From: Bugula neritina
Lineage: Eukaryota; Animalia; Bryozoa
Assembly: GCA_964035545.1 (NCBI GenBank)
Contig: OZ037773.1
Location: 649,751-713,750 of the forward strand
Length of the DNA: 64,000 nucleotides
Reading direction: 5' to 3'
In this document: positions 1 to 12,600 of the stretch, in pieces
Numbering within the stretch: position 1 is the first letter of the stretch
Layout: each line of letters opens with the position of its first letter
Position numbers and translations under genes: made by a program
Notes under the pieces: generated by a model
The model's database searches: none
Told to the model about the DNA's origin: nothing
What the model saw: only the letters and a program-made list of their open reading frames with translations

Positions 1-60
1 AATTCAAAAATTACCATCTGGTTGTAATAATTGTATTATGTTGTTTTTTTATTTTTGCAG

Positions 61-875
61 AATTTGTCAAAGTATAGATATGACAATAGATGATGGAGTA
101 GTAACATCGTTAGCTGCAAACTTCTATCTTTTCTTACCCATTGGCACAGCTTACTATCTTGAAGCGAATGGCATGCAGGTACGTGACTGAGCAAGGGTTT
201 GATGTCGGCTCTTATTTGAACATGATATATTATCCCATGTTTGCTATATTATACTGAGCAACTCAATTTAAAATATATGTCATTTACAGCCTATTATATT
301 ATAACAATTGATGAACCTTATGCTTTTGTTGATCAAAGCATCTTATAGAACCAGCAACTGAAAACTGCATCAGAATAAAAATGAGCATGGTCTATTAAAA
401 TCTTTTGTGGCAATGTAACATAAATTAATACAGTAGGCCTACCGCCTATGGTATCAACAGGGAGAAGCAGCAAGTACATGTTATAATATAGATGAAGCAG
501 TGCAAATTAATAAAATTGCATTGCTTCAAAACAGCATATGAAAAAACACAAATTTGAATTTGAAATTTGTTATAGTTCAAATCATGAGCAGAATTTTAGC
601 CAATTTTTTCAATAAAAATATATTTCTCAGCACAACATTTTTATAAACATAATAATAAACAGAAAAATAACTTAACTAAATCCACTACATTGACATCAAC
701 ATTAGCTAATATAATGTAGAACGAAACCTGAATGCTGAATTATATGTATTGCCTTCCTTCAATTTTATCCTTCCATATTACTTAGTTTATAGAACCAGAT
801 TTTTTCAGGCTCAACCACTGTGTAATCTCTTGTCACTTTCTTTTTTGCAGCAATCTCTTATTTTCTTCTTGTCCC

Positions 876-974
<99 letters not shown>

Positions 975-3900
975 CTAATGTAAACTTCTTAATTTCTTAA
1001 TTCTTTGTGAGGTGATGCTTTCATATACAGAGTTGACATTCTTTTGCATTTTTTTGAACTGATTTAAAAAATCCTTCAACAGAAACTATACGCGAGTTCA
1101 ATTAAATAGTTGCCTAGCATTGCATCAGATTGATCTCCATTTCTCAAGTCAATATAAATTATCAGCAACATTATGTTATGAAACATTGGCCATACTATTG
1201 CAAACTATGTAGGCCAATCTTTGTAAGAACAGTAGCTGTTATAGGACATGTATTTTCTGCGTTAGTGAGCTAGAATGGTATGATCTAATATTTTGCTTGA
1301 TTTGTTATTTTAGATAGACTTGACAGATCCTACACAGCTGTTGATAGGTGTGATGCCTCAGGTGTCTCTCAAGAGAACTGCTGCTATTTCTAACTTGCCA
1401 ATTGATAATGTGACACAACCGCTTACAGGTTAGACATCCATATTAAGGGCGTTTTGCTGCTAATTTTTTGCCCTGTTAGTTGGGGATGAGTCAATGTTTT
1501 CAAGACCCAGTTGCTCTTAAGGTCCATTGGTGTGAAAATATTTGCCTAATGCAAACTAGCTGCAGCTGTAGAGAGCTTTTAAAATCAGTGAGACTATTGC
1601 ACAGCTATTTTTAATGATAAGGCTCTACTAGTAATGGAAATTGATAAACGAAATCTCCTGTGCCAAAATGCTGATGTACTAAGCTATACTGAAATTTGGA
1701 ATGAATGCAGGGCATACAGCATCAAGTAAGTCTCCTACCCAAACAGGAAAAAGCGGAGGTAGGTGAGAAAAAATGCAGCATCAAGTAATATAATTTTTTC
1801 TGAATGATAATAAACAAATAAAAAGCTCCAAAATAGAAATAAACCACTAGTAAAAAACTGTCTTGTAAACACTTTGCGTGACTTGCTTTGACCTATTAGA
1901 CTAAAAGACATAAAAGCCTACATAATAAAAGCATGACAGTTTTGCTTTATTAAACAATCACATTCAAAGCAATGGCCTTTCGAATTAATAGACCTTAAGA
2001 CCAATGGGCCTAAAAACCGATTTCTCTTAGGACTAATGGGCCTTCCGAATATTAGCTAGTCAATGTTTCTATTTATTATTCAAGTTTTACTTAGTGATAG
2101 GCTATAAAAATTGACATTTAGTGTCAAGTGTGCATTTTTATCTTACTAAGTAAAACTGTGTCTTATTTGTTGGCAAATATTAGTTAACATCTGTTGATTA
2201 TAAAAATTATTTTTGTAATTTGCAGTCTTGTATGGAGACCCTAATAAAACATTTACTGACAGAAATGATCCACTAGAGTTTATTGATGGAGATAATGATA
2301 CGTTTACAATGATCAGAATTGGCCACATGTATCAGACATCAGATCAGAAGTATATCTACTTTGTTGACCAAAGATCTTGTGTTAGAAAACTTGACAGGAT
2401 GGCTGTGAATCTCACAACTATAATAGGCAAAGGTCACTGTGGTAACAGCACACTCGGTTTTGATAGTAGCACAGACCCAAGAGATGTCTATGGTATGACG
2501 TATTATGAAGCTGCCGATACTTTCTTCATCTCTGTACAAGATAATGGTGTATACACGTTCAGCAGAACTTCTCCTCAGCTTCCTTACACACAGACAGGCC
2601 TTCTGCCTCTCAGTGAAATATCCACCACAATTTCTGACGGAATTGGAGATATGCTGACTGTAGGTGACATTGTGTGGCAGAAGGTTGGTGAAGGACTAAA
2701 CAGATATGATGTGAGTGGATATCAAACCAACAAGAATACCATTCTAGACTTTAGTTCTTCAGGGAATGCACAGAGGTACCTGAGGTAAGTGAAAACATAT
2801 CTTAAAAATGGTTTTAGTTATTTTATTTGTCATCTTCAACAATATAATTATTAGTAAGTTTTGTACATAGAGTTTTATTTTGAAAACTTAACATAGCATT
2901 TTTTCACTTGGTAAAAGTTGACTCACAAACAATAACCTAACTAATTGTTCATTATTGCATTGATTCCCTTTAGGTTTTTTCTCAATACCTTTTTCTAAAT
3001 TGTTCTGAATGAATGTTTGCATTATTGCATATCATATATACTATGTTAATTTCATAATCAATTTAAATAATTTATGTCTAAATAACTAAAAATAAACTTT
3101 TCAGCTAGCTATAGACATACTCTTAAAAATTGCAGATATATTCTTTGAATAGATGTAGATATGTTTTTCAAAATAGTTGCAGATATGCTTTTTAACTTAT
3201 TGTAGGTACTTAATAAAACAAGCTGGAATTCTAGTTAGTTACTTTACTGTTGCAAAAATACCTCATTGTAGATATCCTAATAGTACATCTGCTGTTTCTA
3301 CACCAGAGGGAGTTGTTTTACAGCATCCTTCAGACCCTGACTGGCTGTGTATTCTAGACAAGAAATATGCTTCTCTCTTCTTCTATAATGTTGAAACTGG
3401 TACAAACTCAACTGCCGCATCATATTACTTAAGTTGTACATATTTTATGAAATTTATTTTGTCTTCTGAGCTAAAGACATCTATAGTATTGTAATTTTGT
3501 GGATTACTGCTAGCGCAGTTTATTGTATGTTGAATTACAGGCTCATAACCTAATTATACGGGTTTTGAAGACAACCAAGGAATAGTGGCGTTGTAATAGT
3601 GACTATATTTTAGATATAATTATGCAAGAGTAAAAATACAAGTAATTACAAAAGAGTACATATAAAAGCAGTTACACAATATACTAGTCTATTTGTTAGC
3701 TGTTCTGAGGCTGGGCACCGGAAGGCGCTACTTATAACTGGAGGGTGTGATTTGATTAACCGATGGGGTTCTGGCGGTGGCAACCGTATTGAGTAGTGCA
3801 GTGCTGCATATTCATTCCGCATTTTGAAATGTTAGGCTGAGCGCAGTATGTAGAGTCATCATATCTTGAAACTATAACATAATACAACTGCGTTTCCTAC

Positions 3901-5894
3901 TACAAGTGTTAGTGACATAGTGGCTGGAAAACAAAACTTCCCACAACTATTACAATAGCATACATAGCTCTAGAAGATTAAATATTTTTTAAAATAGTAA
4001 GTTGCTCTCCTATTTGCCGGATTGCATAAATCTCTTACTTAGTTTAAATAGAAAAATACAAAAACCTTAAAAAAATGTGTTTTTATAATAATTTTAAAAA
4101 TGTTTTGTAACTGTGAATATAAACTCATCTATAATCTGTAGAGGAAAACTCACAGTAATTTTCAGTATGAGAAGCAGTTAACGCTCTTATTCTTCTAAAA
4201 TGAATTTCAAGTATTTAGAGCAGTGCAGTTTTTAAAATAATAATTCTAAAAGTCAAGTTGAATTCCGTCAAAATAGCTCTTTTGTCTCATGGTCATTTAT
4301 TTTCAAGGTTTTGCTAAAAATAAATAGTTGATTGTGATGAGAGTATTAGAAATAACAAGCTCAGCTCTTATTATCTTAGTTTAAATTTTTGGCTGCTTCC
4401 ATCAACTCTTCTTTAAAAAATGCTATGTAACTGCAAAATTATTTTGTAATTTGATAATTTTTTGTGTGACATATATTGCAAAAAACTATTTGTTTTTTCT
4501 AAATACATTGTAATAATTGCAAATAATAGAACAAGAAATATTTTGAAAAGTTCTACAAAGTTCATCTCTATGATTATGATCAAGTTTGTTGTTTGATACT
4601 GTTGCATTAAATCCTAATTAGTTCAGGTCTGTAGAAAATCTGTAATAACACAGCTTTCTATAAAGGGGGGGGGGGATTCATGTCTCATTTTCCAAAATGT
4701 AATCAATCACAGAAAGATGTATTTACTACTCTAATAGACCCTTTTTAGAGATCCTCAATATCCTGCTAACAATTAAGAGTTGTGCTCTCTCAAAATGAAA
4801 ATTATTGAGCAAAATAAACTTTTGTACTCATTTTTGTGGTTTTGGTTGCTGAAATGCTGCTCCAGCTTTGCTCAGTAACTAAAATTATACAAAACTGCTT
4901 CATGTTTATTTTTTAAGAAAATTGATTAAGAAATACTGTTAAAGAGTTTTTGAACTCCTAATATTTGTGCTTATGCCCAAATATCTATCTTCTAAAAAAA
5001 CAATTTTATAGCATACGGTGATTAGAGTTTTAGATAGCAACAAAATTACTTTAACTTTTTAATGAGTTTGCTCTTTAAATACAAAGGTTCAATCTCTTCA
5101 CTTTTGGAGACCACAACTCTTAATTGCAAAGGGGATATCAGGGACCTCTGAAAAGGGTTTATTGCCTTTAATTATAAATATCATAATATGCTAACTATTT
5201 TACTATATCAGAGATGTATTAACTGCCTGCAGTATAATTTCCGTTCCACCTTTTTACAAGCAGGGCCTCTATTTTATATGAAGATATTTTTAAAATACTT
5301 TCATATTCTAGTATGCTATTACTTTTCTAATCTATAATTTTTCAGGGGCATTACTTCCGATGTGCTCAAAGAGCACCACCTCTCAGGATGGAACTGCAGA
5401 TGTCTGTATGTTAAAGGACTTAACTGCTGGTGTTTGGGTCAATGAAACTTTCATGATAGTTTATGAAACTAACAGAACCATGAAAGAGATAGTCATAAAA
5501 TGGGGTAAAATTAAAGCTAGTTTTTCTTATGTATGTTTTATCAAAAAACAGCTGCCTGAAATATCATCTTTCTGTCTGACTAAGGTTTGAAAAATAGATG
5601 AATAATTTTGACGCTGAATAAAACAGTTCTGTCTATTTAGAAATTTTTTTACAGCAACTAGTTTTTTAAAATATAAATCATGATCAGTTCACCAGCTCAT
5701 TTCATTTCAACATCAGCGGTCAAACTTACATAAGTTTTTGTTTGTAGTTGAAGTTACAACTACAACAACTACCACTACCACTACAACAACTACCACTCCT
5801 TTACCAATTACTACCACTCCTTTACCAATTACCACAGCTACTAGTACTGCTTTACCAACTACTACTTCTTCACCACCAACAATTACTATATCAT

Positions 5895-5930
<36 letters not shown>

Positions 5931-7497
5931 TACCAACTACTTTTACTGTACCAACTACTATTAGTATACCAACTACTACTACTATACCAACTGTCACAAG
6001 TATACTAGCTACTCCTGCTCCATTAACTATCACTGCTACTATTACTACTCCACCAACCACATCCACTACTATGTCTGCTGCACCAACTATATCTACTTCA
6101 CCAAGAATGTCTAATCCTATTACTTTGGCAACTGGTAGTAAGCTTACCACATCTACCTTTACGCCTACAACAACAACCAAGTCTTCTATAGTTGGTGCAT
6201 CATCTATAGACTCAATTAGGTAATGAATTTTTCTTGCTATAATAATTGTTACATGAATTGCCTACAACTTAACCACCATGATTAACATTATTAAAGTTGG
6301 CTGTTGAACGTTAACATTGAAACATAATACTTAGTAGACATCATTTGTAAGGCTGAAAACAGTTGCATATAAAAATTAAATTAAAAAGCAGCAAGCAGTA
6401 AAATAATTGCTTTCTTTTAAATGTCTTTGATATGAAACCCATAAGCAATGCTTCTCTTTTGTGCAGCTGAAAGCAATTGTGTAGCCATTTTGTAAAAACA
6501 ATACTTATACTCATTAATTGCTATAACACTGCTTTACGAAGCTGAGAAAAGTCACATTGACTTGAGTTTATGAACTCTAAAACAAGCTACACTAACTTGA
6601 GCACTTATAACTCTGGGTGCTTCTGTTTAAAACAGTTGAAAATCTTTGAACTTCTAAATTTATTGACTCCAAAGTTGAGACTTGATTTGACCTGTGAAAT
6701 GAATAATTTGCCGTGTTCTCCGTTATGTTTGAAAAATAAATGATCTTGTGCTTAGCATTTACAGTGGGAACTAAGACTGTAACAGTTCAAGCATTTCTTA
6801 GAAAAAAAAGGCCAGCCACAAACAAAATATATTGAAAAAATTTCATTGCTAATTTATGATTGCTAAAGGGGTGTTAATCAACCATAATTGACTATAAGTA
6901 ATTTGATTATTATTTACTAAATGAAATGTAGTTGAATATTGATTTTGAAACAACTAGACCTAAATCTTTATAAATTTAAATTGCTAAAGGTATATAACTA
7001 CTAACCATGCTATTATTAACTGTGTGGCGCATACAATATACACATCATGACACCTTATGGCTTGAACTGACACTTCATAGCATGTAATGAAGGGTATTTA
7101 TTAACATATTTATATAAGCAAAATCTATTAAAGCGTAAGCTGATGCATGGTTAGTATTTCTGGTATTTATTGAGCTACAGGAAACTATGTCTTACAGCAC
7201 GAATATCTACATTCTCTATTTATTATTATCACTCAACATTTTTGACAAGTCAAAGAAAATCCCACAAAAATCGTCCAAGTTTAGAGGATTTTTGTGGGAT
7301 TTTCTTACAGTCTTGGTAGAAACGTCAAGATGGGTATAAGAAGTGGAACTATCAAATCTCGTACTGCTAGTTTTTATCTTTTCTTTCCTCATGGCACCAC
7401 CTACTCTCTTGAGACCAATGGAATGCAGGTAGATGGCTTTATATACGTTTCTATACATACAGATATATGCATACGGATATATACATATCTATATACA

Positions 7498-7568
<71 letters not shown>

Positions 7569-8520
7569 AATATATCTTTACGAGCTAGCAATTTGATTAT
7601 AAATAGGTATACGAGAAACATTGTTGATTTATTACTTTATTAGGTAAAGTAATTCTACTGATATTTTGGGTACCACTGTACCCATCTTCAGAGTAGCAAT
7701 GAATGAAATTCAAAAACTATTACGTTACGTTAGACGTTAAGTATGACACAAAGAATAGAGAGTGGCAGTTGTTGTAAATTATTGAAACTTAGGGAGATAA
7801 TCTTATTTTATATATTACGCAGGTCAAAAATTATACTGATTTTTTTTTGTATAAAAAATAAATTAGAGTTGACAAAACAAATTATAGATATCTAAATATA
7901 AAAACAGCAAGAATTAGTGAAACTCTGTGAGAGTTGAGTAGTATGGAGCTATTGATATAGTTTTAATGGTATGGAGTAATTTTGTTTATTGAGTTGCGGT
8001 TTTATTTGTTTAATGTAGAGAGCTTCGACTACTTTTCGATGGTGGATTCCTTTAAATGAATGATTTAAAACTGTTACATTGTCTATTGATATGTTTCCAT
8101 GATTAGTGGTGGAGATGTGTTGATAAATTTTGGAATTGATGTCATGGCAGTGTTCATGTATCCTGTGTGATAGGCGACGTCCGGTTTCGCCTACATATGT
8201 TTGTTGACAGGTAGCTTCAGGGCAGGTTATTTTGTAGACTAGGTTGTGAATGTGTTCTTTATTGGTTTTATCTTTGAGATTAAAATGTGAACTTAAGGGG
8301 GTTCCTTTAAATAAAATCCGGGCATTGAGTTCATTTGAAAAAGAGTCTGTAATTAATTTATTGAGGGAGCGGATTAGTTTTTCTCCTGCTACTCCTTTAT
8401 AAGGCATATTATTACATATTATTACATAATAGTTACCTGTATATCATTACATAATAGTTACCTGTATATTATTACATAATAGTTTCTCGTATACCTATTT
8501 ATATATATAAATATATATAA

Positions 8521-8576
<56 letters not shown>

Positions 8577-9548
8577 TGTATGCTGATTGTCAATCTAGTT
8601 GGAATTCCAGCAAAGTAAAGTGCTCGATATCACGGGTGACAGAGCTAATATAATGTAGTGTGTTCAGATTGTTAATGATACATATATATTTTTTTATTTA
8701 AAAAAAATCTCACACGACTATATAGTTTTGTACAGTAAACTGCACTCGTCAGGTGTTAGACTAAAAATAAATAAAATCTATGAAGCATACCGATTATTCA
8801 AATTTTTACATAAAGAAAATTATCATGCTAAACACAACGTAAAACGAAATGCAAACATAGTAGTGGATTTGGTGTTATTTATTAATTAATTAAATTGCTC
8901 TTTTTCTAAAGGATTAGACCGTAAAAGCTAGATGTTTGATGGAAAGGCTAATTTATAATAGGTAGTACTATGGTTGAGAGTTGTTAGTATTGTTATGTGA
9001 TGTTGCCCAGGTAGTGCTTACGTGCATGTCTGCATGTGGATAGAATCTCATTTCTGTTATTAAGGGAAGATTTGCTGGGCTGGTATATTATGAAATATTT
9101 TTCCCATAGGCAGAGGTTGCACCTTTTAGTGACTTTGTTGTATGAGTTGGTCTTTTTCATAATTTTCCATGCTATGTCAAAATGGGTGTTCTTGTCTTTT
9201 AGTTTCCAGATATATTTGCTCAATTCAGTATGGTTCTTTTTTGTTTTGTTGTTAAAAGTTGATTTGTGGTTATAAAATCTGGTTTTGAATTCTGTTTCTG
9301 ATGTTCCCACGTAAGTCTGGGGTTGGCTGCCATCTTTGGTTGTAACTGTAGCTTGGTATATGATGCACTTTGTGAGGCATTTTCCATCTAGTGGGCACAC
9401 TGTGCTGTTTCTGCAGTTACATTCTCGAGGAGGTTGGTTTGCTGGGTTTGCTGACGAGTGCAGTTTACTGTACGAAACCATATAGTCGTGTGAAATTTTT
9501 TTTAAATAAAAAAAAATATATGTATCATTAACAATCTGAACACACTAC

Positions 9549-9643
<95 letters not shown>

Positions 9644-12600
9644 TATATATATACTATATATATACTATATATTTCAGATAGATCTAATAGATCCATCACA
9701 GCTGTTGATAGCTGTGATGCCTCAGGTGTCTCTCAAGAGAACTGCTGCTATTTCTAATTTACCAGTTGATGATGTGACTCAACCTCTTACAGGTTAGACA
9801 TCAATATTATAAATTTTGTGTTGCTGCTACTTTTTTGCATTGTTAGTTACAGGTTGCCTTGTCTTAGAACTGCTCTCTCTTTTTATTATATTCAAATTTT
9901 ATTTTGGAATATACAAATGTACACCCAAAGCTGCCTATAGCTGTTTCAAAAGTGTAGCCAATCTTTTTCAATTATGAAAAATGTTTTTTTATAATTTGCA
10001 GTCTTGTACGGGGACCTTAATAAAACATTTACTGACAGATATGATCCACTAAAGTTTATTGATGGAGATAATGATACGTTTACAATGATCAGAATTGGCC
10101 ACATGTATCAGACATCAGATCATAAGTATATCTACTTTGTTGACCAAAGATCTTGTGTTAGAAAACTTGACAGGATGGCTGTGAATCTCACAACTATAAT
10201 AGGCAAAGGTCACTGTGGTAACAGCACACTCGGTTTTGATAGTAGCACAGACGAAAGAGATGTCTATGGTATGACGTATTATGAAGCTGCTGATACTTTC
10301 TTCATCTCTGTACAAGATAATGGTGTATACACGTTCAGCAGAACATCTCCTCAGCTTCCTTACACACAGACAGGCCTTCTGCCTCTCAGTGAAATATCCA
10401 CCACAATTTCTGACGGAATTGGAGATATGCTGACTGTAGGTGACATTGTGTGGCAGAAGGTTGGTGAAGGACTAAACAGGTACGATGTGAGTGGATATCA
10501 AACTAACAAGAATACCAGTCTAGACTTTAGTTCTTCAGGGAATGCGCAGAGGTATTTAAGGTAAGAAGTCTGTGTTTGTTTCAAAGCAATGCAGTTGGTG
10601 CTCGAAGTTGTTGGATCAATCAACCCAGTTCTTTCAACTCAACTTTTTACATGCATCTTGTATGGTCATGTTCAGATTTGCCATAACTACTGGTGAATGA
10701 ATGATCTTTATAACCACGTTGTAGATATCTCAATAGAACAGTCAATCTTTCTACACCAGAGGGAGTTGTTTTACAGCATCCTTCAGACCCTGACTGGCTG
10801 TGTATTCTAGACAAGAAATATACGTCTCTCTTCTTCTACAATATTTTTGACGGTAAGTATCAATAATAAATTATAAAATTATATAACAATTTTCAGGTAA
10901 TTGAAGCCATGTAATTTTCAAAAGGATGAAAATGATAGCTTTTGCTTGTCGTACAGTGCTGCAGCCGTTTGGTCATAAACCCTGGACAGCTGTTCTGTTA
11001 TATAAAACTTTATATCATTGATTTCTTTCAAGTGCAGTATTTGCGATGACCTGTTTTTACAACACTTTAGGAACGTTGTTTTCTATGTGCTCAAAAAAGG
11101 AATTGCATACCAAAGATGGAAATTCTGACGAATGTGTGCTAAGGAGTTTGACTTCGACTGCTTGGGTTAATGAATCACTGATAATTGTTCATGAGACAAG
11201 TGCAACATTTAAGGAGATCAGTTTAAGATGGGGTGAGATTGTTAAATATTTTTTTTTAAATGTGGCTCATGAAACCGTCGGGTGTGAACCATCTTTGCTA
11301 AGGTCAAAACTTTTGCAGAATGATGTTGTAAGGCATGGTATACACATAATCAATGCTCTTGGTCCATCAGACCTTATCCCTAATTAGGGCATCTTGCAGT
11401 ATAACCATGAGATTACTTCAACACCTCTGGTACACTGCACACGCTCGCACACGCACACACACACGCACACACACACGTGCGCATGCACGCACACACACGC
11501 ACACACACACACGCACGCACACACACACACACACGCACGCACACACGCACACACACACGCACACACGCACGCACACACGCACGCACACACACACTTTGAA
11601 TATCTGATGTCTCATATGACATTATGTTGATATATGCCAACAACTTGATTGCTTTTTGCAGATTGTTGCTATGGTTAGACTCCATCTGACTAAATAAACA
11701 GCTTCAACTAACACTTAATGTTTTAATTCAAATGTTCTTTAAAGTGACTTTCATTAAATGCAAATGATGTATAGCATATGACTCTGTAATGGTAATAATG
11801 GAAAAACGTAATTTATGCTACCATGGCTGTATTAGTCTTGCATTTCACGCTAGCTCTAAGAATCTTTTTGTATAATTGTTAGTTGAAATCACGCCTACCA
11901 CACCTATTACACCTCTAACACAAATTGATACAACTACAATGAACAAAAGAAACACAATCATCACCAAATATGCTATTTCCACCAGTAAACCTGTCATCAC
12001 TACTATTCGGACAATATCCAGTGAGCCAATTAAATCATGAGCCTTTGCTGATATTAATTTTTACCAAATTTCTTGGCTAATATATTTCATACTGCTCCTA
12101 TTTTAGTATATTATAAAATTTCTCTTTTGTTTTTTGACAATTCGTTATCTTTCTTATGTTAAATTTGACTTCGGACGTCTTAAGTGGATTCAGACGTCCG
12201 AACTAGATTTGGACGATCGGGTGCACAAATTCAATTTCAGACGTCTGAATTCTGTCCAAATTCCAATACTTAATTTTAGCATGTTCTGGAACTTTGAGGG
12301 TGTTTAAATTCTTCATAATATATAAGGGCGAGCTTTCTAAAGTAGAATCAGTCTACTACTGCTGCTTGAAGACACTACTACTACTATCAAGACTCTTCTA
12401 CTTTTGAAGTAGACAAATAAAGTTACTACACCTGGGAATATCCTTCTCTCTCTTGCAACACAGAGCTTATGTTCACTAGCTATAAGGTTGTAACAATAAA
12501 CCAAAAAACTATCACGCTAATATATTTGTAGCACCTGCACCAACACTTGGAACTGGCAGAACTGTACCTCCGATTGTAATACACCCTATTTCTGTTAAGA

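Noticed and set aside
61-178. C1q-like domain exon
   Set aside because: Only superficial aromatic-strand similarity, and the following exons do not continue a C1q pattern.
12160-12270. GACGTC-rich repeat resembling 62620-62850 in reverse
   Set aside because: Probably a decayed MITE family, but no TIR or TSD could be defined.
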